Assembly (NCBI GenBank): GCA_035511075.1
Contig: DATKFW010000108.1
Location: 66,085-130,084 of the forward strand
DNA length: 64,000 bases
Reading direction: 5' to 3'
Source of the DNA: Vulcanimicrobiaceae bacterium
GTDB taxonomy: Bacteria > Verrucomicrobiota > Verrucomicrobiia > Limisphaerales > Palsa-1400
Shown here piece by piece: positions 17,363-26,210 of this stretch. The notes beneath the pieces were generated by a model that was not told the DNA's origin, ran no database searches, and worked only from the letters and a program-made list of their open reading frames with translations. The position numbers were made by a program, and so were the translations under genes. The stretch's first letter is position 1. Each line of letters begins with the position of its first letter.

Positions 17363-17879
17363 GGCAGTGCCTTAATTTGAAATAATTTCACTTTTTTTGG
17401 GCGGTTGGCATGGAACTGTCGGGGCTTGACTGGATGGATTGCGGGGTGTTTTCTTCCCGCCATGAGCAGCAACCCGCCGCCTGACACGTTTTACCTAGTT
17501 CTCGTTGATAAGCCAAGTGCATACGATCCAATCGAACCCAAATGGCAAGCATGGGCCAGGTTTTTAAAAAGTATCGAAAGTGACCAAGACATGAATCAAA
17601 GGCTTGAACGGTTGTCCGAAAACGCCTTCCTGTTTCACACCAGAAATAACGTGCTCCTGCTAAATTGGTTTCTGGGGAAGTGTGGAAAAGAGAGCATTGC
17701 AGCCACGGTCTTTTTCTTGCCACAAAAGCCAGAGCTTTGCAAGTGATCGTGGCGGCGCAAATACGCCAGTGCCGTCGTAAACGTTTCATTTCTTCGCCTT
17801 CTTGATCTGATACGCCACTGCCGCAACATCGGACGCAACCCCGTTGAGCGCAAGCACGAAACCAAATTAAGGCACTACC
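17363..17879. mobile_element. MITE-like non-autonomous insertion (517 bp) with 17-bp terminal inverted repeats and 8-bp target-site duplication
   Basis: The left end is ggcagtgccttaatttg (17363-17379). The reverse complement of the right end (17863-17879) is ggtagtgccttaatttg, matching at 16 of 17. The direct repeat aaacgttt abuts both ends (17355-17362 and 17880-17887). Joining the flanks gives gggaacgcaaaacgtttctgc, which occurs intact at 19805-19825. No recognisable transposase is present. Confidence 0.75.
17462..17746 (+). CDS. Hypothetical 94-aa protein carried inside the MITE-like element
   Basis: MSSNPPPDTFYLVLVDKPSAYDPIEPKWQAWARFLKSIESDQDMNQRLERLSENAFLFHTRNNVLLLNWFLGKCGKESIAATVFFLPQKPELCK. 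Codons end in A/T far more often than in flanking genes. No motif recognised and no obvious SD. An alternative TTG start lies at 17405. Confidence 0.35.
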   Translation: MSSNPPPDTFYLVLVDKPSAYDPIEPKWQAWARFLKSIESDQDMNQRLERLSENAFLFHTRNNVLLLNWFLGKCGKESIAATVFFLPQKPELCK

Positions 17880-17911
17880 AAACGTTTCTGCGCGCCCGGC
17901 CGACGGGCACG

Positions 17912-19693
17912 CTATTGGCTGATGCGATAGAAGCGAATGGCTCCGTTGGTGGCGGTTGAGACGCTGAATACACCCCCGCTGCCTGTCACGACGGCGCCCG
18001 CCACCGCGGCGTAACCGTTCTGGAGCGCGCTGGAACTCTGCAAGGTAAAGGCCGAAGGGGTCGCCGCGGGTCCGGTAAAATTGATCGTGACAGAGGAGTC
18101 GCTGAGGGTGATTTGGGTAATCTGGAATGGTGTGGCGGTCACGGTCACAGTTATCGCGGCCGTTGCCACTGTGGTATTGGTGTTCGCTCCCGGCGGCGAC
18201 CAGACCCGCCACAAATTCCGCGTGGTGGAGGCGCCGTAGAGATTGCCCACATTGTCCCAAGCCGCGCAGGTATAAGCCTGGCCCCAATCCAGGTTGGTCA
18301 ATGACTGGATGTTCGCGCCGTTGGTGACGGATATAACAGAGCCGTTTGTGGCGTTGAGCACACGAATGCCTCCTCCAGTGCCATTGTCGGCGCCGATCGA
18401 CATGGGGCACGCGACCATGGTTGGATTGAGCCGGGAATTGATCGCAACATCGCGAGCGGCTTCAAAGGCGGGATCGTTGGCGCAAACGGAGTCAACGCCA
18501 CAGCCGTAACCCCACGCCACTTCCCCGGAATTCGTTCCCTCGACATAATTAAAGGCGATGGCGCCGTTTGTGTCGGGGGGAGGAAGGCGGCCGCTGTTCC
18601 AATTGGTGAACACCATGGCGTCATAGACGGCGTCTTCATTGGTCAAATCCTCGCCGATGAATATGTCCAGATTCCTGTCAACCATGCAGCCGCCGGAAGA
18701 ACCCAGGCTAAGGTCAAAGCCGGTCTGCACGACCTGCACGCCGTAGGTGTCATTCGGGTCGGACGCGCCGTTGGTCAGGTGGTACATCCATATTCCCCAG
18801 TTTGGATAATCGTTGTCACAGAGCCAGACGGCGGCGTTGGTGGTGGTCGTCCCGGAGATGTCAAACTCCTGGATGCCGACGGCAAGGTCGGCGTAATCGG
18901 GGTTGTTAAGATAATTATTGACAAAGCCGCCGTTGTCACCGATGACAAGCTGATTGGTAGTGGCCTGCATATCGCATGCGATAATTGCGCCCAAATAACT
19001 GTCATCGACCCAGTAAATCCTGTCATCCTCGCCGATCCGAATCTTCATGGGATCGAGTCCGCCGGCGTCGGGCATTTGATCCGCGACGGGCGCATCGCCG
19101 CCATCGTCGTTTAGATAATTCGCGTTGCCGTACCAACCTTCGTCGGCCTGGCTGCCGTCAGCGTTCATTTTGTAAATACCGGTCATCTGCGCGGCGAGAG
19201 GGAAGTTGGTGTCAGTGCCGCTGTTCGTGGCGCAGCCCATTATGACGCGACCGTAATAGGGGCTGTTGGTATTGTTATCAACGGCGATGCCCAGTGGATC
19301 AAACGCGGGCATGCCGGCATTGGTGTCCACGCTGATTTGCGTCCAATTGGCGAAGCCCGAGGCCGCCGCGGTAATGCTGACGGAATAAGTTCCCGAGGTC
19401 AGGGTGGTGCCAGAACTGTTGGTGACGCCCCACACGACGGTGTTGAGGCCCATGCTGGTTCCGCCGGCAAACGTGGCGACGTTGGTGGCGCCCTGCGAGA
19501 TCGCGACTGTGACGCCCAGAGTGGCAGCCTGATTGAGACGGTAGGTGATCGTCACCGGACCAGCGCCAGCATCGGTAATGCTGGATAAACTGCCGTTGAC
19601 TTTGATATCGGTGGCATAAACATTGGCGCGGGCGCTGAAAGGGGAGAGGAGAATGCCGGCGATGAAACACAAGAGGAATGGAAACGTTTTCAC
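17912..19693 (-). CDS. Secreted FlgD-Ig-like domain protein, paralogue B (C-terminal FYR-ending module)
   Basis: GTG start. Signal peptide MKTFPFLLCFIAGILLSPFSARA. FlgD_ig-like segment [63 protein letters not shown]. Collinear with 20663..22486 over its full length. Confidence 0.8.
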   Translation of the reverse strand: MKTFPFLLCFIAGILLSPFSARANVYATDIKVNGSLSSITDAGAGPVTITYRLNQAATLGVTVAISQGATNVATFAGGTSMGLNTVVWGVTNSSGTTLTSGTYSVSITAAASGFANWTQISVDTNAGMPAFDPLGIAVDNNTNSPYYGRVIMGCATNSGTDTNFPLAAQMTGIYKMNADGSQADEGWYGNANYLNDDGGDAPVADQMPDAGGLDPMKIRIGEDDRIYWVDDSYLGAIIACDMQATTNQLVIGDNGGFVNNYLNNPDYADLAVGIQEFDISGTTTTNAAVWLCDNDYPNWGIWMYHLTNGASDPNDTYGVQVVQTGFDLSLGSSGGCMVDRNLDIFIGEDLTNEDAVYDAMVFTNWNSGRLPPPDTNGAIAFNYVEGTNSGEVAWGYGCGVDSVCANDPAFEAARDVAINSRLNPTMVACPMSIGADNGTGGGIRVLNATNGSVISVTNGANIQSLTNLDWGQAYTCAAWDNVGNLYGASTTRNLWRVWSPPGANTNTTVATAAITVTVTATPFQITQITLSDSSVTINFTGPAATPSAFTLQSSSALQNGYAAVAGAVVTGSGGVFSVSTATNGAIRFYRISQ

Positions 19694-19797
19694 AGGTTTA
19701 GTTCAAATTGAAGGGCTAATGCACCGCATCGAGGCATTCGCGCCTCCTGAAAACTCTTGAACGACGAGCGGACTCTCCACGGGGGGCATTTTACCGC

Positions 19798-19831
19798 AAA
19801 AAACCGGGAACGCAAAACGTTTCTGCCGTTC
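19798..19831 (-). terminator. Putative rho-independent terminator / REP-like hairpin downstream of the 255-aa pilin-like gene
   Basis: Minus strand reads GGAACG-gcagaaacgttttg-CGTTCC then cggTTTTTgcgg. The stem is 19806-19811 paired with 19826-19831, and the T-run corresponds to the plus-strand A-run at 19798-19802. The loop contains the palindrome AAACGTTT. Confidence 0.4.
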
Positions 19832-19848
19832 CAGTCAACCGTCAACGA

Positions 19849-20616
19849 CTACCAGTTAGCGTAGTAGCCGATGTAGGAGGAGGCATAGTGGGATCTCATC
19901 TGTTTGATCGGGACCCAGAGGACGGAGTCGTCGAGATGGCCGACGTTGCCGCCGTCGGCCCCGAGTTTCGTGGGTGTCTCGAGCACGTAGGGCATGCTCT
20001 CGACAATCGATGATCCTTGATTGGAATGATCGTATAGCCCGCCGTTCTTGCGGTGGGGAACGATCACCAGGCCGTCACCCCACATATTCGCGTCGGTCAG
20101 AATGACGTTGGTGCCGTTTTCAGTGGCTTTGGCGGGGGACCACCAGGCATTGGAGTTGGCGTAATCCCAACCATTGGTGTTGACATCACCGCAGTAGTTG
20201 TAACCGATCAGATAGCCCCACTCGGGATCGTAAGGATCAAAGCTGCCAAAGCGGAAATTGGGGCAAAGCAGGATATTCGAGTTGCCGGAGTAGAAGACGA
20301 TATTGGTGAAGGCAATATTGGCAATGCGGATGAGATGCGATTGATCATCATTGTCGCGGCAAGGAGGGAGATTTTGGCTGTTGTCATCGGCGTAAATGAT
20401 TATGGCCAGTATGGCCTGATGCATATTGCTCTTGCAGGCGGTCCGCTGCGCCTCTTCCTTGGCGGAGCTGAGAGCCGGCAAGAGCATCGCCGCCAGGATG
20501 GCGATGACGGCGATGACCACGAGCAACTCGATCAGAGTGAAGGCGCGAATAAATTGCTCTCTTTTGGCGGGCAGATCACAGCATTCCTCGGCGCGCGCGG
20601 CGCCCCGCCATGCCAC
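19849..20616 (-). CDS. Prepilin-type N-terminal cleavage/methylation domain protein (DUF1559-like, degenerate H-X9-DG tail)
   Basis: [31 protein letters not shown] is a class III signal/pilin-like helix. C-terminal [17 protein letters not shown] aligns with the GG-N-x-x-F-x-DGSV end of H-X9-DG proteins but lacks the His and has DD. Starts 46 nt after the stop of paralogue A. Confidence 0.8.
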   Translation of the reverse strand: MAWRGAARAEECCDLPAKREQFIRAFTLIELLVVIAVIAILAAMLLPALSSAKEEAQRTACKSNMHQAILAIIIYADDNSQNLPPCRDNDDQSHLIRIANIAFTNIVFYSGNSNILLCPNFRFGSFDPYDPEWGYLIGYNYCGDVNTNGWDYANSNAWWSPAKATENGTNVILTDANMWGDGLVIVPHRKNGGLYDHSNQGSSIVESMPYVLETPTKLGADGGNVGHLDDSVLWVPIKQMRSHYASSYIGYYANW

Positions 20617-20662
20617 CAGCGCGCGCAGCCTTGTTTCTTGACCTATACGGAATGGTTCAACT

Positions 20663-22486
20663 TTACAAATCGCTTGTCTCTTTAATTTCGTAAAACTGAG
20701 TTGAACAACTCGTGAAGGTCATTTGAATGGCGCCCGAAGTGCCGCTGGAAACCACGCCAATGACAGGGCTATAAGTACCGTTCAAAGTGGACGAGCCTTC
20801 AAGCTCGTATGACGTTCCCACCGGCAGGGTTGTCGTACCGTTAAACGTAATGGTGACGATTGAGCAGCCTCCGGCGATTGGTTCGGCGGATATGCCGGTA
20901 ATCTGCAACGTTGACGATACCGAGCCGAGAACCACTTGCGGCACCGCAACGGTGGTATTGGTATTGGTTCCAGGCGGCGACCAGGCCCTCCATACATTGC
21001 GGGTGGGTGATGCGGCATAGAGGTTGCCCACATTGTCCCACGCCGCGCAGTTGTATTCCTGATTGAAATCCAGGTTGGTAAGACTCTCAGTGACGTCGCC
21101 GCTGAGGTTGGTGACCGTGAGAATGGCGCCTGTTTTGGCGTCAAGCAAACGAATGCCCGAACCATTGGTATCATCGTTGCCCGCTCCCATGGGGCATGCC
21201 ACAATCGTTGGACTTGTTCGAGAGTCAATAACAACGTCCTCAACCTTTTCGAACGTCGGATTGGTGGCGCAAGTGATATCAACGCCACAACCATAGCCCC
21301 ATTCCACATTGTTACTAACGGAGTAATTTAACCCTGTGGCGTCGGCGATGTCAGGAGGCGGAAGGACACCCATGTTCCAATTGGTAAATACCATGGCGTC
21401 ATAAACAGCATTCTCGCCATTCCGGGTTTCTCCAACGAAGATGTCAAGATTTGTATCAACCGTGCAACCGCCCGACGAAACCAAGGCGAGGTCCAACCCT
21501 GTTGCCACAGCCTGGGTCCCGTCGTCGTTGGTAACAGAAGCGCCGTCCGCCATGTGGTACATCATAACTCCCAGATTCGGATAATCAGCGCTACACAACC
21601 AGACTGCGGCATTGGTTGTCTCAGTAGACGTAACGTCAAAATTGATGAAGCCGTAAACGATATCGGCGGCGAGCGGGTTGTCTGCATAACTGTGAGGGCC
21701 GCCAAGTTGGCCGCCAAAAGCCCCGCCATCGTCGAGGACGACCTGATTGGTTGTCACCTGCATATCGAAAGCGACGATCGCGCCTTCCTCACTCCATTCC
21801 AGCATGTAAACCCTGTCATCGCCGCCGATCCTCAGCCTCCAGGGCACAACAAAGGATTGGGGGGGCATCTCGTTGGTAGATAAATTGCCGGCATCGTCCG
21901 AAGTATATCCCCCGTAGCCAAAACCTCCTTCGTCAGCAAAACTGCCGTCGGCATTCAGTTTGTAGAAGCCGTCCTGGATGATCGTGCCCGAGTACGGGTT
22001 GGTGGCCGTGCCGTTGGCGTAAGCGTTGCCCAGAATGACGCGTCCATAATACGGGCTATTGGTGTTATTATCCACCGCGATGCCCTGGGGGAAAAAGGCG
22101 TAATTGCCGGCGTTGGTGTCCACGCTTATTTGCTGCCAATTGGTGAAGCCCGAGGCCGCCGCAGTGATGCTGACGGAATAGGTTCCCGAGGTCAAAGCGG
22201 TGCCCGAACTGTTGGTGACGCCCCACACGACGGTGTTGAGCCCAAAGTTTGTTCCGCCGACAAGGGTGGCCACGCTGGTGGCGCCTTGCCAAATGGAGAC
22301 TGTGACGCCCAGTGTGGCGGCCTGATTGAGACGGTAGGTGATCGTCACCGGACTGGCGCCGGAATCCGTGACGGTGGATAAACTGCCGTTTAATTTGATA
22401 TCGGTGGCATAAACGTTTGCGCGGGCGCTGAACGTGGAGAGGAGGATGCCGGCAACAATAAACGGAAGGAATCGAAGTATTTTCAT
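20663..22486 (-). CDS. Secreted FlgD-Ig-like domain protein, paralogue A
   Basis: Signal peptide [23 protein letters not shown]. The first ~125 aa are nearly identical to paralogue B, with DNA runs identical for 35 nt (19413-19447 = 22206-22240). Shared downstream blocks: NAAVWLC..DYPN.G..MYH and [18 protein letters not shown]. Confidence 0.8.
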   Translation of the reverse strand: MKILRFLPFIVAGILLSTFSARANVYATDIKLNGSLSTVTDSGASPVTITYRLNQAATLGVTVSIWQGATSVATLVGGTNFGLNTVVWGVTNSSGTALTSGTYSVSITAAASGFTNWQQISVDTNAGNYAFFPQGIAVDNNTNSPYYGRVILGNAYANGTATNPYSGTIIQDGFYKLNADGSFADEGGFGYGGYTSDDAGNLSTNEMPPQSFVVPWRLRIGGDDRVYMLEWSEEGAIVAFDMQVTTNQVVLDDGGAFGGQLGGPHSYADNPLAADIVYGFINFDVTSTETTNAAVWLCSADYPNLGVMMYHMADGASVTNDDGTQAVATGLDLALVSSGGCTVDTNLDIFVGETRNGENAVYDAMVFTNWNMGVLPPPDIADATGLNYSVSNNVEWGYGCGVDITCATNPTFEKVEDVVIDSRTSPTIVACPMGAGNDDTNGSGIRLLDAKTGAILTVTNLSGDVTESLTNLDFNQEYNCAAWDNVGNLYAASPTRNVWRAWSPPGTNTNTTVAVPQVVLGSVSSTLQITGISAEPIAGGCSIVTITFNGTTTLPVGTSYELEGSSTLNGTYSPVIGVVSSGTSGAIQMTFTSCSTQFYEIKETSDL

Positions 22487-22544
22487 AGGTTTAATTTAAC
22501 TAAAAACAATTGACTTGCGGCGCGGTTACACCCGAGAAAAAGAA

Positions 22545-22581
22545 GTTGTAACCAAAAACATGAATCGGTGTCAATAGATAA
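22545..22581 (-). promoter_or_regulatory. Putative promoter block containing TTGACA, shared with 23955..23994
   Basis: Minus strand reads ttatctaTTGACAccgattcatgtttttggtTACAAC. The -35 consensus lies at 22569-22574, and a 4/6 -10 candidate follows after 18 nt. It is 83 nt upstream of the paralogue A start. Confidence 0.3.
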
Positions 22582-22585
22582 TTGC

Positions 22586-22615
22586 AAAAAAAATAAAAGC
22601 CGGCAAAAAACCGGC
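22586..22615 (-). terminator. Rho-independent terminator (minus strand)
   Basis: Minus strand reads GCCGG-ttttttg-CCGGC followed by TTTTATTTTTTTT. The stem is 22599-22603 paired with 22611-22615, and the T-tract is the plus-strand A-tract at 22586-22598. It lies between the 329-aa pilin-like gene and paralogue A. Confidence 0.6.
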
Positions 22616-22938
22616 CAGCAGTTTGTTTTTTATTCAGACAATGTTTGGACCCACGGAAGCCGCGAGGGAGATGGCGCGGCTTATCTTGGTTGTGACACTC
22701 ATAAGCGCGCTTCCACCGCAGGGCACCGATAACACATTTGTTGAGCTAAGCATCGGATGTGCCAACGAAGGCAACGGTCCAAAGTTCAAGGCCCAAACTC
22801 GATTTTTTTTTTGCTTTGCGAGGGTAATTCAAACCGCGGAGCCGAAAAGCGAAAAGAACGAAAAACAGCAAAGTGCGCGGTCTTGGCCAGATTGAAAAAA
22901 AATGACCCGCCGGAAAGTTGGTTTTCGACACTCAACCG

Positions 22939-23928
22939 TTAAGTCGATCCGGGAGGCGCGTCTTTTTCACAGCCCGAACGCGGATAGAGCCATACCCAAT
23001 CAGGGTCGGTATCCGTCGTATTGATGTCGCTCCCGCCGGATCTCTTGCCAAAGGAATAAGGAAGATTTGGAAGAATTGGACCTCTCCACGCGTGAGCTTC
23101 AGAATGGCCGTCGCCAAACGAGAAACAGGCTCCGCCAGCATGGTAGTGGGCGGGCGCGTTGGGGAACGCCGGGCCGACCTGCGAAAGGCCGGACATCTGC
23201 ATATAGCCGTCGTCGAGAGTGTACATGGTTTCGTCAGCGAAGATAAACGCGGTGCTGGGAGGCGGACACGTCAAGTCTCCGAGTTTTTGATAGATCCGCA
23301 GGCTGGAAAAGTTAAGTCCGTCCGGAGGTTGATAGAAATTAGCCAAGTACCATTGACCCATTTGACTGTTCATTGAGTAAGAGCGAATTCGGACATCCGT
23401 TTGCCGGTCTTGTTCATTGGCCGATGGGATGGTGTCCCCAGGACACCTGTAAACTCCCACCTGCCCAACCATGTACGGTCCCAAGAGGGCAACTCGAAAT
23501 TTCTCGGTGTTGGTATTGTCGCCACCCTGGGCGTACGCCCAGGATTCGGTGGTTGGGCACCAGGCATTGGCCTGGGTGAGGGTCGGATCGGGCAGGTTTC
23601 CCGGCGCGTTCAAAAGCATGATGTCGTTGAAGTCGCCCGCATACATCACCCAGCCGAGGCCGAGTTGTTTTGTGTTTCCGAGGCACTGGGCCTGCCACGC
23701 CTGCTGCTTGGCTTTCGACAAAGCCGGCAACAGCATTGCGGCGAGAATGGCAATAATGGCAATGACGACCAGCAACTCGATGAGGGTGAAGGCCCCGTTC
23801 CTACGGCCTGTGGGTCCGCGGGCGGCGAGCGACGAATCAATTCGCATACGTAATTCCATCACGAAGCGCCTCAACGCACCGTCAACGGGCGCGAGTTGCA
23901 CGAATCGGTGACACGGCATCAGAATCAA
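22939..23928 (-). CDS. Prepilin-type N-terminal cleavage/methylation domain protein with H-X9-DG C-terminal motif (DUF1559 family)
   Basis: [31 protein letters not shown]. The C-terminal [17 protein letters not shown] is an exact H-x9-D-G. The track start is TTG 23928; ATG 23919 and later Met codons are alternatives. Confidence 0.85.
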   Translation of the reverse strand: MILMPCHRFVQLAPVDGALRRFVMELRMRIDSSLAARGPTGRRNGAFTLIELLVVIAIIAILAAMLLPALSKAKQQAWQAQCLGNTKQLGLGWVMYAGDFNDIMLLNAPGNLPDPTLTQANAWCPTTESWAYAQGGDNTNTEKFRVALLGPYMVGQVGVYRCPGDTIPSANEQDRQTDVRIRSYSMNSQMGQWYLANFYQPPDGLNFSSLRIYQKLGDLTCPPPSTAFIFADETMYTLDDGYMQMSGLSQVGPAFPNAPAHYHAGGACFSFGDGHSEAHAWRGPILPNLPYSFGKRSGGSDINTTDTDPDWVWLYPRSGCEKDAPPGST

Positions 23929-23954
23929 TCAAGCAGATTCCCTCAATGCCAAAC

Positions 23955-23994
23955 AATAGGTTTAGCTCAAACAACAATCGATGTCAATAGATTA
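23955..23994 (-). promoter_or_regulatory. Putative promoter block containing TTGACA, shared with 22545..22581
   Basis: Minus strand reads taatctaTTGACAtcgattgttgtttgagcTAAACC. The 18-mer atcgRtgtcaatagatWa (plus strand) matches 22564-22581 at 16 of 18. It lies 54-63 nt upstream of the candidate starts. Confidence 0.3.
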
Positions 23995-24101
23995 CTCAAA
24001 ATGAAAGCAAACGGGCACTGCTGCTTGATCGGTCCAACGAAGTATAGAGCGTGTTTGAACGGCAAAAAGCAACCAGTCAAACATCGGATTAGATAGACAC
24101 T

Positions 24102-24527
24102 CTAAGCCTTGTCTTCGGATTGCAATCCGTTGCGGACGGTTTGGACGAGCTTTTGCGGAGGATAAGGCTTTTGCAAAAAATTGACCCCTTCCTTGAGGTC
24201 GAAATCATTACCCAGCATGTCGGCGCTGTAGCCGGTGGTATAGATGACCTTGAGTTTTGGATTTTCGGACTTGAGCTTTTCGCCTAGTTGCCGGCCGGAA
24301 ATGCCGTCGGGCATGACCATGTCAGTCAAAAGCAGATCGACATGGGGATGTTTTTGTTTCCAAAGTTCCAGGGCGGCCAGGCCACTGGGAGCTTCGATGA
24401 CTTCGTAGCCGACGCGTTCGAGCACTTTGCGCACGAGGGCGCGCAACGTCGGTTCGTCTTCCACGATTAATATCGTCTGCTTGAGCGGCGGCTCCGGCTC
24501 CACCTTAGATTTGTCGTCTTTTTCCAT
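24102..24527 (-). CDS. Stand-alone response-regulator receiver (CheY-like) protein
   Basis: ILIVEDEPTLR..., LLLTDMVMPDGISG (phospho-acceptor Asp context), VIYTTGY, FLQKPY. No output domain. Confidence 0.85.
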   Translation of the reverse strand: MEKDDKSKVEPEPPLKQTILIVEDEPTLRALVRKVLERVGYEVIEAPSGLAALELWKQKHPHVDLLLTDMVMPDGISGRQLGEKLKSENPKLKVIYTTGYSADMLGNDFDLKEGVNFLQKPYPPQKLVQTVRNGLQSEDKA

Positions 24528-24559
24528 GTCTTAAATCAGGGTTAAAGTATGCCGCGAAA

Positions 24560-25558
24560 CTAAAACTGACGCAAGAACCTCACGTCGTTTTCGTAAAAGA
24601 GGCGAATGTCGGTAATGTTGTAACGGATCATGGCAATCCGCTCGATGCCGAAGCCGAACGCCCAGCCGGTCCAAACTTCCGGGTCGTAGCCGACTTGCTC
24701 GAAAACTTGCGGATGGACCATCCCGCAGCCGGCAATTTCCAGCCACTCCTTTCCCATTTTGCGTGTCAGGGCACTGGAAAAATCAATCTCGAAGCTGGGC
24801 TCGGTATATGAAAAATAGTGCGGACGAAAACGGATTTTGGTTTCCTCGCCGAGCAATTCCTTGAAAACGAATTCGACGGTGCCCTTTAAATCCCCGACAG
24901 TGACATTGCGGTCAACGTAGAGGCCTTCGATCTGCTGGAAGGTCGGATTGTGGGTGGCGTCGGGATTATCGCGGCGGTAAACGCGGCCCGGAACGATGAT
25001 GCGGACGGGCGGGCGCTGTTTCTCCATGACGCGGATTTGCACCGAAGAGGTGTGTGTGCGCAAGAGAAGCCGGTCGGCGGAATCAGACTTCAAATAAAAC
25101 GTGTCCTGGAGATCGCGCGCGGGATGGTCCGCCGGCGTGTTGAGGGCGTCGAAGCAATGGTATTCATCCTCGATTTCGGGGCCGTCGGCGACGGCGAATC
25201 CGATCTTGCGGAAGCTGCGGACGATGTCTTCGGTCACCTGCGTTAGCGGATGAAGTTTACCGAGGGAGCGGCGGCGTCCGGGCAGGGAGAAATCGGTTTG
25301 TACCGTGGGAAGGGCGGCCAGGAGTTGGAGAGCGGAGCGGCGGGCGGTCATGGCGCACTCCAATTCGGCCTTGGCCTGGTTGATGAGTTTGCCAGCGGCG
25401 GGGCGTTCCTCCTTTGGCAACGCGGCCAGTTGTTTCATCAAGGCGGTGAATTTCCCGTGCGGTCCGATCCAGGATCCCTTGGCCTGTTCGAGGGCGGCAA
25501 GGTCAGGCGCCGATGTCAATTCGGCCAGGGCGGAATTCCTGAGCGGTTCAATGTCCAT
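24560..25558 (-). CDS. pheS: Phenylalanine--tRNA ligase alpha subunit
   Basis: HPARDLQDTFY, FRPHYFSYTEPSFEID and GWAFGFGIERIAMIRY class II motifs. The ORF is open to 25669. ATG 25558 (MDIEPLRNSALAEL) is the plausible start. Confidence 0.9.
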   Translation of the reverse strand: MDIEPLRNSALAELTSAPDLAALEQAKGSWIGPHGKFTALMKQLAALPKEERPAAGKLINQAKAELECAMTARRSALQLLAALPTVQTDFSLPGRRRSLGKLHPLTQVTEDIVRSFRKIGFAVADGPEIEDEYHCFDALNTPADHPARDLQDTFYLKSDSADRLLLRTHTSSVQIRVMEKQRPPVRIIVPGRVYRRDNPDATHNPTFQQIEGLYVDRNVTVGDLKGTVEFVFKELLGEETKIRFRPHYFSYTEPSFEIDFSSALTRKMGKEWLEIAGCGMVHPQVFEQVGYDPEVWTGWAFGFGIERIAMIRYNITDIRLFYENDVRFLRQF

Positions 25559-25580
25559 GAAGCCCCGAAAGACCCCGCGA

Positions 25581-25949
25581 TCAGGCGCTCTTCTTGGCCT
25601 TGAGGGCGTTTTGGGAAAGCTCGATGAGTGCGGCGAAGGCTGCGGCGTCCTGGGCGGCCAGATCGGCAATGGTCTTGCGATTCAAGGAGCACTTGGCGGC
25701 CTTGAGACCTTCCATGAAGCGGCTGTAAGTGGTGCCGGCGGCGCGGGCGGAGGCATTGATGCGAACCTGCCACAAGACGCGGAAGTTGCGTTTCTTCGTC
25801 TTGCGATCCCGATAGGCATATTGCATCCCGTGATCGAGCGCGTCGGAGGCGTAGCGATAGAGTTTGGAGCGCTTGAGACGAAAGCCCTTGGCGGCTTTGA
25901 TCGTGCGGATGCGGCGCTTGCGGGAAGCGGGCGAATTTGTGACACGCAT
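25581..25949 (-). CDS. rplT: 50S ribosomal protein L20
   Basis: MRVTNSPASRKRRIRTIKAAKGFRLKRSKLYRYASDALDHGMQYAYRDRKTKKRNFRVLWQVRINA... Confidence 0.95.
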   Translation of the reverse strand: MRVTNSPASRKRRIRTIKAAKGFRLKRSKLYRYASDALDHGMQYAYRDRKTKKRNFRVLWQVRINASARAAGTTYSRFMEGLKAAKCSLNRKTIADLAAQDAAAFAALIELSQNALKAKKSA

Positions 25950-25967
25950 AATTAAAAAAGGGCTGGC

Positions 25968-26180
25968 CTATCTGTGGCTGAACGGCAAATTTTGCAGGAT
26001 GCGATAGGCATCGGTGGCGTCCACCACGCAACTGGTTCCGAGACGGCGGCGGCGCTTGGGATTTTTGGTCTGCAGCAGGTGGCGTTTGCCGGCGCGCGAA
26101 CGCATGACTTTGCCCGTCGCGGTGATTTTAAAGCGTTTGGCGACCGCTTTCCTCGTTTTAATGCCTTTCGGACGTCGCAT
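25968..26180 (-). CDS. rpmI: 50S ribosomal protein L35
   Basis: MRRPKGIKTRKAVAKRFKITATGKVMRSRAGKRHLLQTKNPKRRRRL... Confidence 0.9.
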   Translation of the reverse strand: MRRPKGIKTRKAVAKRFKITATGKVMRSRAGKRHLLQTKNPKRRRRLGTSCVVDATDAYRILQNLPFSHR

Positions 26181-26191
26181 ATATATAATTA

Positions 26192-26210
26192 TCCTTTTGT
26201 TTCAAAAGGA
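26192..26210 (-). promoter_or_regulatory. SD-sequestering hairpin in the rpmI 5' leader
   Basis: The minus-strand mRNA reads UCCUUUUG-AAA-CAAAAGGA-uaauuauauau-AUG. The stem is a perfect 8 bp. The only SD-like AAGGA, 11 nt before the AUG, forms the 3' arm. Confidence 0.35.

Noticed and set aside
17320-17487. N-terminal 56-codon extension of the aroK ORF
   Set aside because: The extension runs into the inserted MITE-like element and has no similarity to shikimate kinases. GTG 17319 gives the normal length.
22800-22880. T-rich gctttgcg stretch followed by a cgaaaagcgaaaagaacgaaaaacagcaaag stretch, superficially like the 16282-16374 repeat
   Set aside because: The arms are only weakly complementary and the units are degenerate. 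I cannot support a structured repeat or a relationship to the GxxExxY-associated hairpin.
22623-22942. Small ORFs (60-90 aa) in the 452-nt gap between the pilin-like gene and paralogue A
   Set aside because: They are low-complexity, overlap on both strands, and span the terminator and homopolymer tracts. No coding evidence.
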